Assembly: GCA_016188605.1 (NCBI GenBank)
Contig: JACPHP010000015.1
Span: forward strand, 18,833-82,832
DNA from: Candidatus Spechtbacteria bacterium
Lineage (GTDB): Bacteria; Patescibacteriota; Minisyncoccia; Spechtbacterales; JACPHP01
Length of the DNA stretch: 64,000 bases
Reading direction: 5' to 3'
Below, one piece after another: positions 1 through 8,905 of this stretch. The notes beneath the pieces are model-generated. The model worked only from the letters and a program-made list of their open reading frames with translations. It did not search any database and had not been told where the DNA came from. The position numbers and the translations under genes are program-made. Each line of letters begins with the position of its first letter. Position 1 is the stretch's first letter.

Positions 1-627
1 GGGCGTGTAAGGAAAACCGCCATCGTTATTTTGCGCGCTCTTAAGATAAGTTAAGGCGCTTTGTATACGAGAATCAGAGTTTGGCGTGCCTGCTGAAAGA
101 AGCGCGAGTATTGCCGCGCTTGTCATATTCGTATCCGAATCAGATACTGTCGCAAACCCCCACCCGCCATCTGTATTCTGACGCGAGATTATGAAGTCTT
201 TGGAATCTGCGATTGCGGAATCACTTACTGAAACGCCTGCGGAAATTAACGCGAGAATACCAAAATAGTCATCATTCAACATCGCGACGTCGCCGATCTG
301 GCCGTTAATGTGATAGCTTTTCAGCCCAGCGACATAATCCGAGGAACCGAACGTGCGAGGATCTTTGCCCATTGCGGTAATAGCAAGAATAGGCGCCTCA
401 TAGCTAACAGCGCTTCCGCCGCTTACAGTGGTAAGCGATGGCGCGGAAGATGATGATGGCATTGAATCAAGGGCGACAAGCCCCATCACGCTCCACGGGC
501 TATCGCCATGCGCGGCTAGATATGTTTGCGCGCCGCTAGTGCTGTAAGATGCGCTAACGTAATTAAAAGGAATTACTATAGAAATAACCAGTAAAACTGC
601 GATGAACTTTGAAAAATTATTTTTCAT
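1..627 (-). CDS. Secreted prenyltransferase/squalene-oxidase repeat protein (runs off left edge)
   Basis: My translation from ATG 627: MKNNFSKFIAVLLVISIVIPFNYVSA (signal peptide), then QW-type repeats 'ISRQNTDGGWGF...DTNMTSAAILAL' and 'YLKSAQNNDGGF'. Confidence 0.8.
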   Translation of the reverse strand, partial: MKNNFSKFIAVLLVISIVIPFNYVSASYSTSGAQTYLAAHGDSPWSVMGLVALDSMPSSSSAPSLTTVSGGSAVSYEAPILAITAMGKDPRTFGSSDYVAGLKSYHINGQIGDVAMLNDDYFGILALISAGVSVSDSAIADSKDFIISRQNTDGGWGFATVSDSDTNMTSAAILALLSAGTPNSDSRIQSALTYLKSAQNNDGGFPYTP

Positions 628-650
628 ATATTACGTTTAATTATCAAACG

Positions 651-681
651 AAAACCACGCTCCGAGTGGAAGCGTGGTTTT
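651..681 (-). terminator. Intrinsic terminator / riboswitch expression platform
   Basis: Hairpin AAAACCACGCT-TCCACTCGG-AGCGTGGTTTT followed by U-rich tract, ~25 nt before the ATG at 627. Confidence 0.65.
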
Positions 682-739
682 ATAAATAAAGTAAAAACGC
701 GGCTTCCCTTTGGCTCGAAGAGAATGCAAATATTCTTAA

Positions 740-891
740 GATAGCTAGTTAGCATTCTGACTACTTTGTCCGAGCGCTCGGACAAAGATTACAGTTGCGG
801 CACAGCGCCGGAATTTTCCATTCGCGTAATTGCGAAGTGGAAGCACCGGACTTCCCTAACCGACTCTCGTGCATGGCACAAGAGAACTATC
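740..891 (-). promoter_or_regulatory. Cobalamin riboswitch
   Basis: Minus strand has AGGGAAGTCCGGTG...AATTCCGGCGCTGTGCCGCAACTGTAA...AGTCAG (conserved core) closed by P1 GATAG/CTATC. Confidence 0.85.
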
Positions 892-1006
892 AAACATGTT
901 GGTAAAGTAATTATAAGTTTATAACCTCATAATTTTTCTGTCAAATAGATGTATGCGTCCACAATAGAAAAGCCCCACGTTTGTGGGGCGATTAACAAAG
1001 AATACG

Positions 1007-1306
1007 CTATGCCTGTTTCTGTAGAGTAGCTTCATAGGCCGCTTTTCGGTCGGCGTGGATCTCGGCGCGCTGCTTCTTAATAGTCTCAACGATATCGGCG
1101 GTTTGGGCTGCATCTTTTCCGGCGCTAGCATACGCTTGCCTAATTGTCTTAGCCGCACCACCAAAAGTGGCATGGCTAGATATCATAATCTCCGGATCGT
1201 CTTCATACTTAACGACGACCCAAAAGAACAAATGCTTAGAAACTATATAAATCCCGTATCTATCGGATATATAGCGCAAAAAACGATCGTGACCCATTCC
1301 TCCCAC
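1007..1306 (-). CDS. Small hypothetical protein
   Basis: 99-aa ORF with plausible composition, followed by hairpin GCCCCAC/GTGGGGC at ~972-990. Confidence 0.45.
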   Translation of the reverse strand: MGGMGHDRFLRYISDRYGIYIVSKHLFFWVVVKYEDDPEIMISSHATFGGAAKTIRQAYASAGKDAAQTADIVETIKKQRAEIHADRKAAYEATLQKQA

Positions 1307-1467
1307 CTTTTCTTTACAATCGTCCTACGCGGCAAAAGCACTATTAAATTGATTCCTGAATTCTACGCCTACCCATACTTTTGTCAAGGGCAATGCCAGT
1401 AACCGCTATGATAGATGTCACTCGCCCGTCTAACTATGCTACAATGAAATTAATTAACAAATGAAAA

Positions 1468-2100
1468 ATGAAAAATACTATTGCTTTTATAGTTGTTGGC
1501 TTAGCTCTAATTGGCGCGCTGTTTGTTTTCTATTCCAAAGATGCAAGCGCGCCTACTGAAACTCCAAATAGCACTCCGCCACCAGCTCAAGAAGGTCTGC
1601 CTGGTATGCAAACGTCAGATGCACCATGGAAGGTAGAACTGGAACACTTGAGAGAACGTCTTGACGCAATTGGCCTGCCTGCTCTAGCCCAAGAAGGCAT
1701 GGCGCTTCACACTCATCAGCACCTTGATATATATATTAACGGTAATACTTCGATGATAATCCCCGCCGGAATTGGCATGCATCAACTGGAGAACTTCATA
1801 TCTCCTATTCACGCGCATGCACCAGACAATATTATTCATATTGAATCTCCCGAAATAAAAGATTTCACCTTGGGCCAATTCTTTGATATTTGGGGAGTGC
1901 GCTTTACTACTGATTGTATTGGCGGATATTGCGCGAGTGATGACAAGATTTTGCGAGTATTTGTAAATGGTTCTCAAATACAAGGAGATCCGAGGCAAAT
2001 AAAGCTCGAGGAGCTACAAGAAATCGTTATAACTTACGGCACCGAACAAGAAATGCCAAACCCGATACCGCAAAACTATCCATCTATTCCTGGCGAATAA
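1468..2100 (+). CDS. Membrane-anchored conserved hypothetical protein, His-rich possible metal site
   Basis: N-terminal TM helix; motifs HTHQHLDIYING, IHAH...IHIES, FTLGQFFDIWG. Confidence 0.75.
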   Translation: MKNTIAFIVVGLALIGALFVFYSKDASAPTETPNSTPPPAQEGLPGMQTSDAPWKVELEHLRERLDAIGLPALAQEGMALHTHQHLDIYINGNTSMIIPAGIGMHQLENFISPIHAHAPDNIIHIESPEIKDFTLGQFFDIWGVRFTTDCIGGYCASDDKILRVFVNGSQIQGDPRQIKLEELQEIVITYGTEQEMPNPIPQNYPSIPGE

Positions 2101-2122
2101 TTCTAACTAAAAAAGCCCCGTG

Positions 2123-2332
2123 TGAACTGTACCCTCTACAGTAGACACTGAAAAAAAAGCTACTAGGCAGTTTCTAAAAGATGATTCCTGTATTCTACGG
2201 GGGTCATCTTTTTTCTTTGAAGCTTTGTTGAAGCCAGGCTTCAACGCGCGCGTGGAAGCCTGGCTTCAACAAACTGGTATAGAACAGAAAAAAGTGGACA
2301 CTTTTAGTGTCCACTTTTGGGGGTACAGTTCA
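2123..2332. mobile_element. Non-autonomous IS3-like miniature element (MITE)
   Basis: Terminal inverted repeats TGAACTGTACCC...AGTAGACACT / AGTGTCCACT...GGGTACAGTTCA with TG...CA ends; no ORF. Confidence 0.65.
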
Positions 2333-2357
2333 TCGCGGGGCGTTTTTAGTTAGAATC

Positions 2358-3620
2358 TTACAAAAATGCAAAGAAACCAACGGCTACCGCTGTCATTAAT
2401 GTAATAATAAAAATACCTAATACATTTGAAGTAGCGGAATTGGTAAACCGCCCCATTATATTTTTATTATTGGAAATAAGTAAAATGAGGACTAATATAG
2501 GGGGAGCAATAATAGCATTTAACGCCGCGGAATAAATAAGCATGCGAAAGGGGCTAATTGGCAAGAAGTTTACAAGCAACCCTATAAGCATAGCGGCTAT
2601 TATAACTCCGTAGAATCCATGCGCCTGTTTAAAATTTCTATAAAGCCCTTCCTTCCAGCCCAAGCTTTCAGACAGCGCGTATGAAGCAGAGCCTGCAAGT
2701 ACAGGCACGGCAAGCAGGCCAGAACCAATAATGCCTATTGCAAATAGCAAGGATGCAAAATTTCCCGCAATCGGCTTAAGCGCCAAAGCTGCCTGCGCGG
2801 GTGTTTCAATGCTCGCGATACTAGATTGCCCCAAGGTGGAAGCTGCCGCTATCATAATAAAGAATACAATAATATTGGAAAAAATCATGCCGATCTTAGT
2901 ATCAGTATTCATAGCGTTAACATCTCCCATATTGATTTTAGGCGTTCCCCTGCCCATCATGCGCAATTTATTACTCGCGACCTCTTCTTCAACTTCCTCA
3001 TTTGCCTGCCAAAAAAATAAATAGGGCGACATATTTGTTCCCAAAATAGCAAGTAGTCCCAGTAGAAAAGATTTATTTAATTCGATGTTAGGAATAATCG
3101 TTGCGAAAAAAATTTGCGTCCAGTCTTGTTTAACAGCAAATGCCACGCCCGCGTAAGACAATAACAAGATCGCTGAATATTTTAAGAATTGCGCATAAAT
3201 TCGATAAGAAATAACAACTTCAAGAAATAGTATAAATGATGCTATGCCAAAGAGCAGAAAGGCAAAAGGGATTGGCACGAGCAACTGCATGGATGCCGCC
3301 ATCACTCCTAAATCAGCTCCGATATTAATGGTATTGGAAACTAAAAGTAGCACTACGATAACGTACAATAAACTCTTAGAGTAGGTTTGCTTGATAACAC
3401 CAGCTAGCCCCTTGCCAGTGACCAAACCGATACGGCCGCACATCTCCTGAATCGCCACCATAAATGGTAAGGTAAACAGCGCCGTCCACAACATACCATA
3501 GCCAAACTGCGCGCCGGACTGCATGTGCGCGGCTACGCCTGTAGGGTCGTCATCCGCGGCGCCGCTAATAAAGCCAGGACCCAATATATTAAATATGTTT
3601 TTCTTTTGTTTTTCCGGCAT
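2358..3620 (-). CDS. NRAMP-family divalent metal transporter
   Basis: LGPGFISGAADDDPTG...GAQFGY and GTNMSPYLFFWQ motifs, many TM helices. Confidence 0.9.
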   Translation of the reverse strand: MPEKQKKNIFNILGPGFISGAADDDPTGVAAHMQSGAQFGYGMLWTALFTLPFMVAIQEMCGRIGLVTGKGLAGVIKQTYSKSLLYVIVVLLLVSNTINIGADLGVMAASMQLLVPIPFAFLLFGIASFILFLEVVISYRIYAQFLKYSAILLLSYAGVAFAVKQDWTQIFFATIIPNIELNKSFLLGLLAILGTNMSPYLFFWQANEEVEEEVASNKLRMMGRGTPKINMGDVNAMNTDTKIGMIFSNIIVFFIMIAAASTLGQSSIASIETPAQAALALKPIAGNFASLLFAIGIIGSGLLAVPVLAGSASYALSESLGWKEGLYRNFKQAHGFYGVIIAAMLIGLLVNFLPISPFRMLIYSAALNAIIAPPILVLILLISNNKNIMGRFTNSATSNVLGIFIITLMTAVAVGFFAFL

Positions 3621-3628
3621 ATGGCATT

Positions 3629-4465
3629 TTATGAAGTCTTTTTAACCACAATCATAACTTTTTCTACTGAAAAAATGATTTCGTGGTTGCCGGTGGGATA
3701 ATCTTGAAGCGCGTTATATAACACATCTTCTGCGTAACGATATTTTTCGCCGCGTCTTGTTCCCGAGTCATTAGTGATAAATTCTTTAGTTGCCGAGTCG
3801 TACCCGCGAATAAGAATATTGTGCTGTATCGGACCGGGAGGCACATAAAAAGGATTGCGCAATTTCCTACCATTAACAGGCACAATTACCATGTTTCCCC
3901 TTTCAAGCTCCGCCTTAATATCCGTAGTAGTAATATTCTCCTTAAGTTCCACATTACTATAACCAAAATATCCTTTGAATATTCTATCAATAGTATCTTG
4001 CGCCTTCGTGTCGCGGTACTCACCGTACATTTTTTGCTCCCAATCAGAAATGGTGATAATCTGGCTCTCCGCGTCTAAAGGAGCAATTGATTTCTTGCCC
4101 CGTACCCACAACATCGCCATAAGGACAGAAGCTTCTTCGCATCCCGCTTCTTGCCGCTGGTCTGCCCAATTGCCTAACGGAGCTTGCGATATAAATGGCA
4201 CGCTAAGAGAGGTTGCGCTACTTGATATGGCCGTTGGCGTAGATGCTGTTGGTGTTGGAGTTACTGGCGCAGCTACGGGAAGTTTGACCGGAGTATTAAT
4301 TGGACGCAACGATTGTTTTATGGATGTTGTAGTAGTTGTTATCTGTTTATCAGTGTACATCCCAATAACTACGCCACCTAAAACCAAGGCAAGACAAATC
4401 AAAAATCCCCAAAGTATTATTGGGGCGTAACTGGATGATGATTGCGTTTTTTGCACTCCTTTCAT
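3629..4465 (-). CDS. C39-like peptidase with N-terminal membrane anchor
   Basis: VPFISQAP...CEEAS (Cys), QHNILIRGYD (His), ITNDSG (Asp). Confidence 0.8.
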   Translation of the reverse strand: MKGVQKTQSSSSYAPIILWGFLICLALVLGGVVIGMYTDKQITTTTTSIKQSLRPINTPVKLPVAAPVTPTPTASTPTAISSSATSLSVPFISQAPLGNWADQRQEAGCEEASVLMAMLWVRGKKSIAPLDAESQIITISDWEQKMYGEYRDTKAQDTIDRIFKGYFGYSNVELKENITTTDIKAELERGNMVIVPVNGRKLRNPFYVPPGPIQHNILIRGYDSATKEFITNDSGTRRGEKYRYAEDVLYNALQDYPTGNHEIIFSVEKVMIVVKKTS

Positions 4466-4586
4466 TATAAAATTATATTACAACAAAATAACCCTTAGGT
4501 CTAAAAATGGCGGGGCAGCAAGCCAGTATTCTGTATTCCGTATTCTTGATTCTATGTTCGTTCTATGCTACTCTGAAAGGAGTTCT

Positions 4587-4937
4587 ATGGGTCTTATACT
4601 CAAAATCATTATCACAATTGCAGCCAACAGTCTTGCGGTTTACATCGCCTCGCTTTACATTCCCGGCTTTACATTCACCGGAAATTGGCTTATGCTGGCC
4701 ACAACAGGATTCTTTCTTGCTGTGGGGCATTCTATCGTCCGGCCGATACTGAAAATTCTCACTTTCCCACTCATAATTATTACATTTGGCCTCTTTAACT
4801 TCGTAATCAATATCATTATTATCTGGGGTGTGCATATGCTCGTCCCGGAGCTTGGCATTCAAGGCATATTGCCTCTTATCGAAGCTACGCTACTATTTAG
4901 CGTTACTAATGCCATGCTACATTTATTTAGACTATGA
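4587..4937 (+). CDS. 4-TM phage-holin-like membrane protein (YvlD/DUF360 type)
   Basis: RPILKILTFPLIIITFGLFNFVIN signature; start moved to ATG 4587 after AAAGGAG. Confidence 0.8.
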   Translation: MGLILKIIITIAANSLAVYIASLYIPGFTFTGNWLMLATTGFFLAVGHSIVRPILKILTFPLIIITFGLFNFVINIIIIWGVHMLVPELGIQGILPLIEATLLFSVTNAMLHLFRL

Positions 4938-5209
4938 CTCTTCCCAACATACCAGTTCCATCATTTACTCATTTGCCGTCGTTGCTTCCCTCTAGCGCGG
5001 GGTGGATCTCTATTGCGCAGATTGCCATTGCGATTCTTTTGGTTATCGCGATCCTTCTCCAACAGCGCGGCTCAGGCCTTTCAAGCGCTTTCGGCGGACA
5101 GGGTGGCGTATATTATCAAAAACGCGGTTTTGAAAAAGTTCTCTATTGGAGCACTATTGTTCTTGGCGCCCTATTTGCCGGAGCGGCGTTCCTGATGCTG
5201 CTAGTGTAA
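4934..5209 (+). CDS. secG: Preprotein translocase subunit SecG
   Basis: ILLQQRGSGLSSAFGG...RGFEKVL...T motif between two TM helices. Confidence 0.9.
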   Translation: MTLPNIPVPSFTHLPSLLPSSAGWISIAQIAIAILLVIAILLQQRGSGLSSAFGGQGGVYYQKRGFEKVLYWSTIVLGALFAGAAFLMLLV

Positions 5210-5294
5210 TCAACGAATAACGAATCCGACACGAATATACGAATACTCTTGGGCAGTAATTCGTTTATTCGTAAAAATTCGTTATTCATTGATT
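5207..5294. repeat. ACGAAT-type tandem-repeat palindrome (copy 1)
   Basis: ATCAACGAATAACGAAT...ATTCGTTATTCATTGAT; near-identical copy at 34497-34582. Confidence 0.75.
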
Positions 5295-5310
5295 AACTTA
5301 CCGTTATTCG

Positions 5311-7035
5311 TTGATAATTTCCATGTTTCGCTTACGACAATTACTGACAAAATTTTCTATTTTATTAAATAACCTTTCATCAACCGAACGATACATAGTC
5401 GGCTTTTTATCTGTAGTAGTTCTAGCATCTCTTATTGCATTTGCGGTACAATACTATCTTAGCAATACAAAACTCGCGCCCTCCACGGGAGGAAATTATC
5501 GCGAAGCAATGATTGGCCTGCCGCGTTTTATCAATCCGGTGCTTGCGCCCGGCAGTGATATTGATCGTGACATCGCGCGGCTTATTTATCCTTCACTTCT
5601 TAAATATGATGCGGAGGGAACCCTTGTGCCCGACCTTGCGGAATCTTATCAAGTCCTCAATAATGGCAAACAATACCGCTTTATAATTAAGGATCGCGCG
5701 CAATGGGAAGATAATACGCCAATTACTGCTGCCGATGTTGTTTTTACCATTAGCCTAATTCAAGATCAAAAATACAGCAGCCCCCTACGACAAAATTGGA
5801 TAGGTGTCGCCGCGAGCCAAGAGGGAGATCGCGTAGTAATTTTCAACCTTGATTCTCCTTACCCGCCTTTTACGGAAAATACAACGGTCGGCATTCTCCC
5901 TAAGCATATCTGGGAGAACGTGGCGCCGAATAGTTTTTTGCTTGCAGACGCCAATCTAAAACCAATTGGCGGTGGCCCGTTTAAATTTAATAAATTTCAA
6001 AAAGATTCTACGGGATATATTTTTTCATATGATCTTGCGCGCAATGATAAATACTATGCGCAGAAGCCATACTTAGATGGTATTTCGTTTAGATTCTTTG
6101 ATAGTGAAGATGAAGCGATTAGAGCGTATAATAGAAGGGCAGTGGACGCCGTAAGCACAATTTCCGCTACAGCTCTCGACCAACTCCACTTAACTTCACA
6201 AACTACCGTATATTCATTTACCCTACCGCGCTATTTTGCTATTTTCTTTAATCAAAACCAAAACCCAGCCCTGCAAGACAGCTCGGTGCGCCAGGCGTTG
6301 CAATTTGCAACTGACAAGGACTCGCTCGTCTCCTCCGCGTTAAACGGAAGGGGAGAAAAAGTTTCCACTCCCATCCTGCCGTTCATGCCGGAATTTAACC
6401 AAGCGGCGGGAGCAATATATTCGTTTGATGCTGATAGGGCCCGCGCATTGTTGGATAAAGCCGGCTGGCAAATTAGTGAAAACGATGGCACGCGCGCTAA
6501 AAAAAGCGGCGCTATATCTATGGCGCTGGACATTACGCTTGCCACGGTAGCATGGCCAGAGCTTCAAGATATCGCCACGGAATTACAAAAGCAGTGGGCA
6601 GCGGTTGGAGTTCGCCTTAAAGTAGAAACATATCAACTGGGAGAACTTCAGCAAAATATAATGGCGCCACGGAATTACAGCATGCTTCTATTTGGGCAGG
6701 TGCTTAGCCTTGAGCCCGATCCATTTTCTTTTTGGCATTCATCGCAAAAGAAGGATCCGGGATTAAACTTATCGTTATACGGCAATAATAACGTGGACAA
6801 ACTTCTTGAAAATGCGCGGCAAGAACAAAATCCAGCAACGCGAAATTCCGACCTTCAGCAATTCCAACAAATCCTGATGAACGACAATCCCGCAATTTTT
6901 CTTTACAACCCTTCATATCTTTACCCCGCCAATAACACGATAAAAGGTATTGAAAACGGCACGGTCGCGGATCCGTCATGGCGATTTGCGAATATTACGA
7001 ATTGGTACGTTAATACGAGGAGAGAAAATAAATAA
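5311..7035 (+). CDS. ABC transporter substrate-binding protein, family 5 (OppA/DppA-like)
   Basis: PDLAESY...ITAADVVFT, PIGGGPFKF and VRQAL motifs. Confidence 0.9.
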   Translation: MIISMFRLRQLLTKFSILLNNLSSTERYIVGFLSVVVLASLIAFAVQYYLSNTKLAPSTGGNYREAMIGLPRFINPVLAPGSDIDRDIARLIYPSLLKYDAEGTLVPDLAESYQVLNNGKQYRFIIKDRAQWEDNTPITAADVVFTISLIQDQKYSSPLRQNWIGVAASQEGDRVVIFNLDSPYPPFTENTTVGILPKHIWENVAPNSFLLADANLKPIGGGPFKFNKFQKDSTGYIFSYDLARNDKYYAQKPYLDGISFRFFDSEDEAIRAYNRRAVDAVSTISATALDQLHLTSQTTVYSFTLPRYFAIFFNQNQNPALQDSSVRQALQFATDKDSLVSSALNGRGEKVSTPILPFMPEFNQAAGAIYSFDADRARALLDKAGWQISENDGTRAKKSGAISMALDITLATVAWPELQDIATELQKQWAAVGVRLKVETYQLGELQQNIMAPRNYSMLLFGQVLSLEPDPFSFWHSSQKKDPGLNLSLYGNNNVDKLLENARQEQNPATRNSDLQQFQQILMNDNPAIFLYNPSYLYPANNTIKGIENGTVADPSWRFANITNWYVNTRRENK

Positions 7036-7171
7036 CAAACTAATTTTCAATTTTCAAATCCCAGTTTTCAATGAATTTACAATGAAACAATTTTCAATAC
7101 GCCGTGTTTTTGACATTGAAAATTAAGATATTCATTGTAAATTGAAAATTGATCATTGAAAATTTACTCTT

Positions 7172-8182
7172 ATGGTCTCACAAGTAGACAAATCAAACAT
7201 GCGCCAAGTAATATTGGATTTTCCTACCCAGCTTGAGACGGGATTAAAATGCGCGCAGCGCGCTATTCCCATAATTAAAAACCCTGTAACTAAAATTGTC
7301 ATTGCTGGCATGGGCGGCTCGGCATTGCCGGGTGAGCTGTTGAAGCTTGTTGCGGGCAATGGCTCTATTCTTTCGCGTCCTGCTGAAATACACATCCATC
7401 GTAATTACGGACTGCCCTACTACGCGGATGATCAAACGCTTGTCATCTGTATTTCATATTCCGGAGGCACTGAAGAAGCAATCAGCGCATATGATGAAGC
7501 TCGCGTAAGAAAATTGCCCGTAGCTGTTATCGCCATGGGTGGAGCCCTGCTTGAAAAAGCTCTTCGCGACGGCGTGGCGGTGGCGCAAATTCCAACAACA
7601 CATATTCAGCCAAGATCGGCGATTGGATACCAATTTGCTGCTTTGATAAAAATTTTAAGCAACGCCGGAATTATTTCTTTACAAGACGATGCGCTTATCG
7701 CCGCCGCCAAATCACTATCGCCCGCTTCGTCAGAAAGACATGGGAAAACTATTGCTGTAAAGCTAGCAAGGCGCACACCGCTTTTCTACGCCTCACAGGC
7801 TAACAAGGCGCTTGCGTATATATTGAAAATAAAAATAAATGAAAACGCCAAAACAATGGCTTTCTACAATTATTTTCCTGAGCTTAACCATAATGAAATG
7901 GTCGGGTTTACCCAGCCGCAAAACAAATTTTCTATCCTTATGTTGACTGATAGGAGTGATAATCCTCATATTCAGCGCCGCATGGACCTCACCGCTGACA
8001 TCGCCAAAAAATACCACATTCCCGTACTTCCTATTGACATTACAAATGAGAGGATATATAATAAAGTATTCAATGCCCTATTGCTGGGCGACTGGATCTC
8101 TTATTATCTTGCAATTCTCTACAAAACCGACCCAACGCCGGTAAAAATTGTGGAGGAGTTAAAAAAACGATTGGCGAAATAG
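7172..8182 (+). CDS. Bifunctional phosphoglucose/phosphomannose isomerase
   Basis: GMGGSA, SYSGGTEE, ENAK and PELNHNE motifs. Confidence 0.92.
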   Translation: MVSQVDKSNMRQVILDFPTQLETGLKCAQRAIPIIKNPVTKIVIAGMGGSALPGELLKLVAGNGSILSRPAEIHIHRNYGLPYYADDQTLVICISYSGGTEEAISAYDEARVRKLPVAVIAMGGALLEKALRDGVAVAQIPTTHIQPRSAIGYQFAALIKILSNAGIISLQDDALIAAAKSLSPASSERHGKTIAVKLARRTPLFYASQANKALAYILKIKINENAKTMAFYNYFPELNHNEMVGFTQPQNKFSILMLTDRSDNPHIQRRMDLTADIAKKYHIPVLPIDITNERIYNKVFNALLLGDWISYYLAILYKTDPTPVKIVEELKKRLAK

Positions 8183-8328
8183 ATTTACGATTTAAGAGAT
8201 AAGATTTAAGAATTATTGTTTTTAGTTTTGTAATTCTTGTTTTAATTTTCAATCAATTGACAATAACTAAATTTTCTCCGCCTGAGACGCCTGCCCGCCT
8301 CTGGCGGGGATCAGCCTTAGCGTAAAAT

Positions 8329-8413
8329 TACATTTTGTTGTAATTTTTGTTAAACGTAGAAATACATTTTGTTGTATTTTTTGTTAAACGTAGAAATACA
8401 TTTTGTTGTATTT
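8329..8413. repeat. 34-bp direct tandem repeat (~2.5 units)
   Basis: Unit TACATTTTGTTGTA(A/T)TTTTTGTTAAACGTAGAAA starts at 8329, 8363 and 8397. Confidence 0.8.
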
Positions 8414-8633
8414 CTTGCTCTGGCTGAAAACATAGTCATTGAGAATTGTGACATTGTAAATTCATTGCGTAGAGCAACGTGGTTGCCACGCAACTCTACG
8501 TTGTAAATTGTAAATTGAAAATTCTTTAATCGCGGACGTGGTATCCTGCGCTAAAGCTTCGGAATACCCGATCCCTGTAAGAAAATTATTTTTAGATAAA
8601 CTGCTTGCAGTTCCGAAGTTTTAACGAAGGACT

Positions 8634-8717
8634 GCGGACGTGGCGAAACTGGCATACGCGCTAGCTTCAGGTGCTAGTAGCCGCAAGGCTGTGGAGGTTC
8701 AACTCCTCTCGTCCGCA
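8634..8717 (+). tRNA. tRNA-Leu(CAG)
   Basis: Acceptor GCGGACG/CGTCCGC, anticodon arm CTAGC-TTCAGGT-GCTAG, long variable arm, GTTCAACTC T-loop. Confidence 0.95.
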
Positions 8718-8723
8718 CCTAGT

Positions 8724-8836
8724 AATCTCAAAACTCAAAACTAAAATCGCAAATCTGAATTTCAAATTTAAAATCTTCGCTCGTAGTTTTTAGATTTGAG
8801 CTGTAGTTTTGAGATTTGCCATTTGAGATTTGAGAT
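8724..8836. repeat. AAATCTC/GAGATTT heptamer palindrome
   Basis: Tandem 6-7-mers in inverted arrangement; related copies at 10851-10961, 14383-14505, 18959-19070, 63569-63681 and in the 23S H25 IVS. Confidence 0.8.
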
Positions 8837-8905
8837 ATTATGCCTATTTTTACAAATCCAATAACATTTAACATTCTTATCAAATAACTAAAATTAAAAT
8901 AATTT

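Noticed and set aside
8329-8413. 34-bp repeats as a mini CRISPR array
   Set aside because: Units are head-to-tail with no unique spacers, and there are no cas genes in the window.
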